DNA from: Malacoraja senta
Lineage: Eukaryota
Reading direction: 5' to 3'
Assembly: GCA_038087875.1 (NCBI GenBank)
Contig: JAXLNO010006024.1
Location: 1 to 36,797, forward strand
Length of the DNA stretch: 36,797 bases
The notes beneath the pieces were generated by a model. That model was not told where the DNA came from. It worked only from the letters and a program-made list of their open reading frames with translations, and made no database searches. This document shows positions 35,292 through 36,797 of this stretch, piece after piece; the first letter of the stretch is position 1, and each line of letters opens with the position of its first letter. The translations under genes and the position numbers were made by a program.

Positions 35292-35643
35292 ATAATGAAA
35301 TGCCTGGTTTTAGTTGATGGGAAAGGATGTTTTCAGTAATGGGAGAGTCTAGCACAGCCTCACAATAAAAATACCTACCTTCAATATGGAGATGAGGAGG
35401 AATCTCTTTAGTCACAGGGTGGTGAATCTGTGGAATTCATTGATACAGACAGCTGTGTGGGTCAAGTCATTGCATATTTTTCAAGCAGAGATTGATAGGT
35501 TCTTGATTAGTACGGGTGACAAAGGTTACAGGGAGAAGGCAGGAGAATGGGATTTAGCGGTAAAAATAGATCTGCCATGACTGAATGGTGGAGTAGACTC
35601 AATGGACTTGAAAGGCATAATTCCGCTCCAATATCTTATGGTC
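35292..35643 (+). mobile_element. 3' half of the interrupted CR1-like LINE
   Basis: IMKCLV.VDG...EMRRNLFSHRVVNLWNSL followed by a CR1-type 3'UTR; continues 29792-30222. Confidence 0.88.
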
Positions 35644-36275
35644 AAAATTATTCTTATGTCACCCTTAACTCACTCATCCAAATGTAGGAACAATGGAAGC
35701 AAGATAGGCTGATCCTGGACAAGGTCTCTTATCTTCTTCCTTGGGCATCTAGTTAATTTTCTGATAGTAGTTACTTACACAAAAGACCAATAGTGGTGCC
35801 ATATCCGACCCCATTATCAGTCTGAAGTAGCTACACCTGTTGCAAGAGAGCGAGAGCGAGAGAGAGAATATTAAATTCTCAGTTATCATTGAAATATCAG
35901 CAAAGTTTAAAACCTTTGAAGTTTTATCAACTATAAATGGGTTCACTTATTTGCTATAATAACAATCGTCAACATAAGAAAATGGCCTTGTTGACCTCTA
36001 CACTGGAAATAGTCATCTATTTCTGACGTACTTGATTCTTTAAATTCTTAATTAAATGCTGCAGATAAAATCTCAATACCATAATACTAATATGAGCTTA
36101 ATGATTTTTCATTGATCAATTTTAAGCACATCCATCCTCTGTATAAATACATAAATCTAAAACTTTATTACTTTTTAATTAGATATGAACAGTGCTAGTT
36201 TAATTTAGATAATAAAATCATTACAAAGTTGTTATTGATCAATAAATGTTTAAAATGCACTATATATGCCAACAG

Positions 36276-36447
36276 AGAGGGCAGTGAAAGAAGATATAAA
36301 GATTAGGATCGTGACTGGAGCTGTAATCGTCCTCTCATTCTCCTGGGGATCATCCTTGGAATTGGTTGCTGGAAGAAGAGGAAAAAGATAAAACCTTTCA
36401 ATGAACAGTGCCAGCTGACAACAGCAGAGACCAGGAGAGGACCATGA
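36276..36447 (+). pseudogene. Putative connecting-peptide/transmembrane/cytoplasmic exon of the MHC class I-like gene, with a 1-bp frameshift
   Basis: After AACAG (36271-36275) a phase-1 frame reads (E)RAVKEDIKIRIVTGAVIVL. After a shift at 36335-36336 it reads ILLGIILGIGCWKKRKKIKPFNEQCQLTTAETRRGP*, a hydrophobic helix plus WKKRKK stop-transfer. Strand and phase match the upstream alpha-3 donor; the polypyrimidine tract is weak. Confidence 0.7.
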
Positions 36448-36464
36448 AGTACAATCAGCTTCCT

Positions 36465-36797
36465 TTGGGATGCAGAGGAGGTCTACCGGAATGATGCTTG
36501 GATTAGTGGGGTATTAGCCACAGGGAAAAGTTGGACAGACTGGACAGTTGGATTGTTTTCTCTGGAATGTCAGGGATTGAGGGGAGACCTGACAGTAATA
36601 TATCAAACTGGGAGGAGTAGAGATAGGGTAGACCATCCGACTTTTTACCCAGGAAGGAAATATCAAATAAGAGCAGGTACAGCTTTACAATGAGTGGCAA
36701 AGTTTAAAAAGATGTGCAGGACAAGTGTTTTAACGCCAAGGGTGGCGAGTGACTGGAATGTGCTGCCGGGGGTGGTGGTGGAAACAGATATGATAGT
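36465..36797 (+). mobile_element. Degenerate CR1-like LINE 3' fragment running off the window
   Basis: GATGCAGAGGAGG...GGATTGTTTTCTCTGGA...TTGAGGGGAGACCTGA (LRGDL) ...GACTGGAATGTGCTGCC. Confidence 0.75.

Overview
Vertebrate genomic DNA, most likely from a cartilaginous fish (skate/ray-type). The taxon is inferred from HE1-like tRNA-derived SINEs, HER1/CR1-like LINEs and Penelope-like termini. No intact protein-coding gene is visible. Bases 1-35095 are a near-identical direct tandem array with a ~10.63 kb period: a partial unit 1-3199, then units A 3200-13830, B 13831-24435 and C 24436-35095. Beneath the repeats is a disrupted MHC class I-like gene on the + strand. Each unit carries the 3' 200 bp of an alpha-3 (Ig-C1) exon (FYPRAIDVTWLRDGE...LLPNWDGTYQL...CYIEH) with an intact phase-1 donor, cut on its 5' side by the end of a hAT-like DNA transposon. 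A single frameshifted transmembrane exon lies after the array (36276-36447). A second, 5.06 kb non-autonomous hAT-like element (30223-35283; 14-bp TIRs, 8-bp TSD CCTACCAG) splits a CR1 LINE in the intron. Its left end is present in every unit but its right end only once, so the array alternates a ~9.2 kb chimeric hAT-ended block with a ~1.38 kb host cassette holding the alpha-3 exon. The transposon end supplies a candidate in-frame splice acceptor that would turn the remnant into a symmetric 210-nt exon (hypothesis only). The rest is nested mobile-element debris: an L1/Tx1 3' fragment, Penelope fragments with minimal hammerhead-like motifs, a Harbinger-like element, MITE-like inverted repeats and hairpins. 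Many inter-copy differences are single-base indels resembling long-read consensus error, so copy number and frameshifts need read-level validation. All element family names are from pattern recognition, not database searches.
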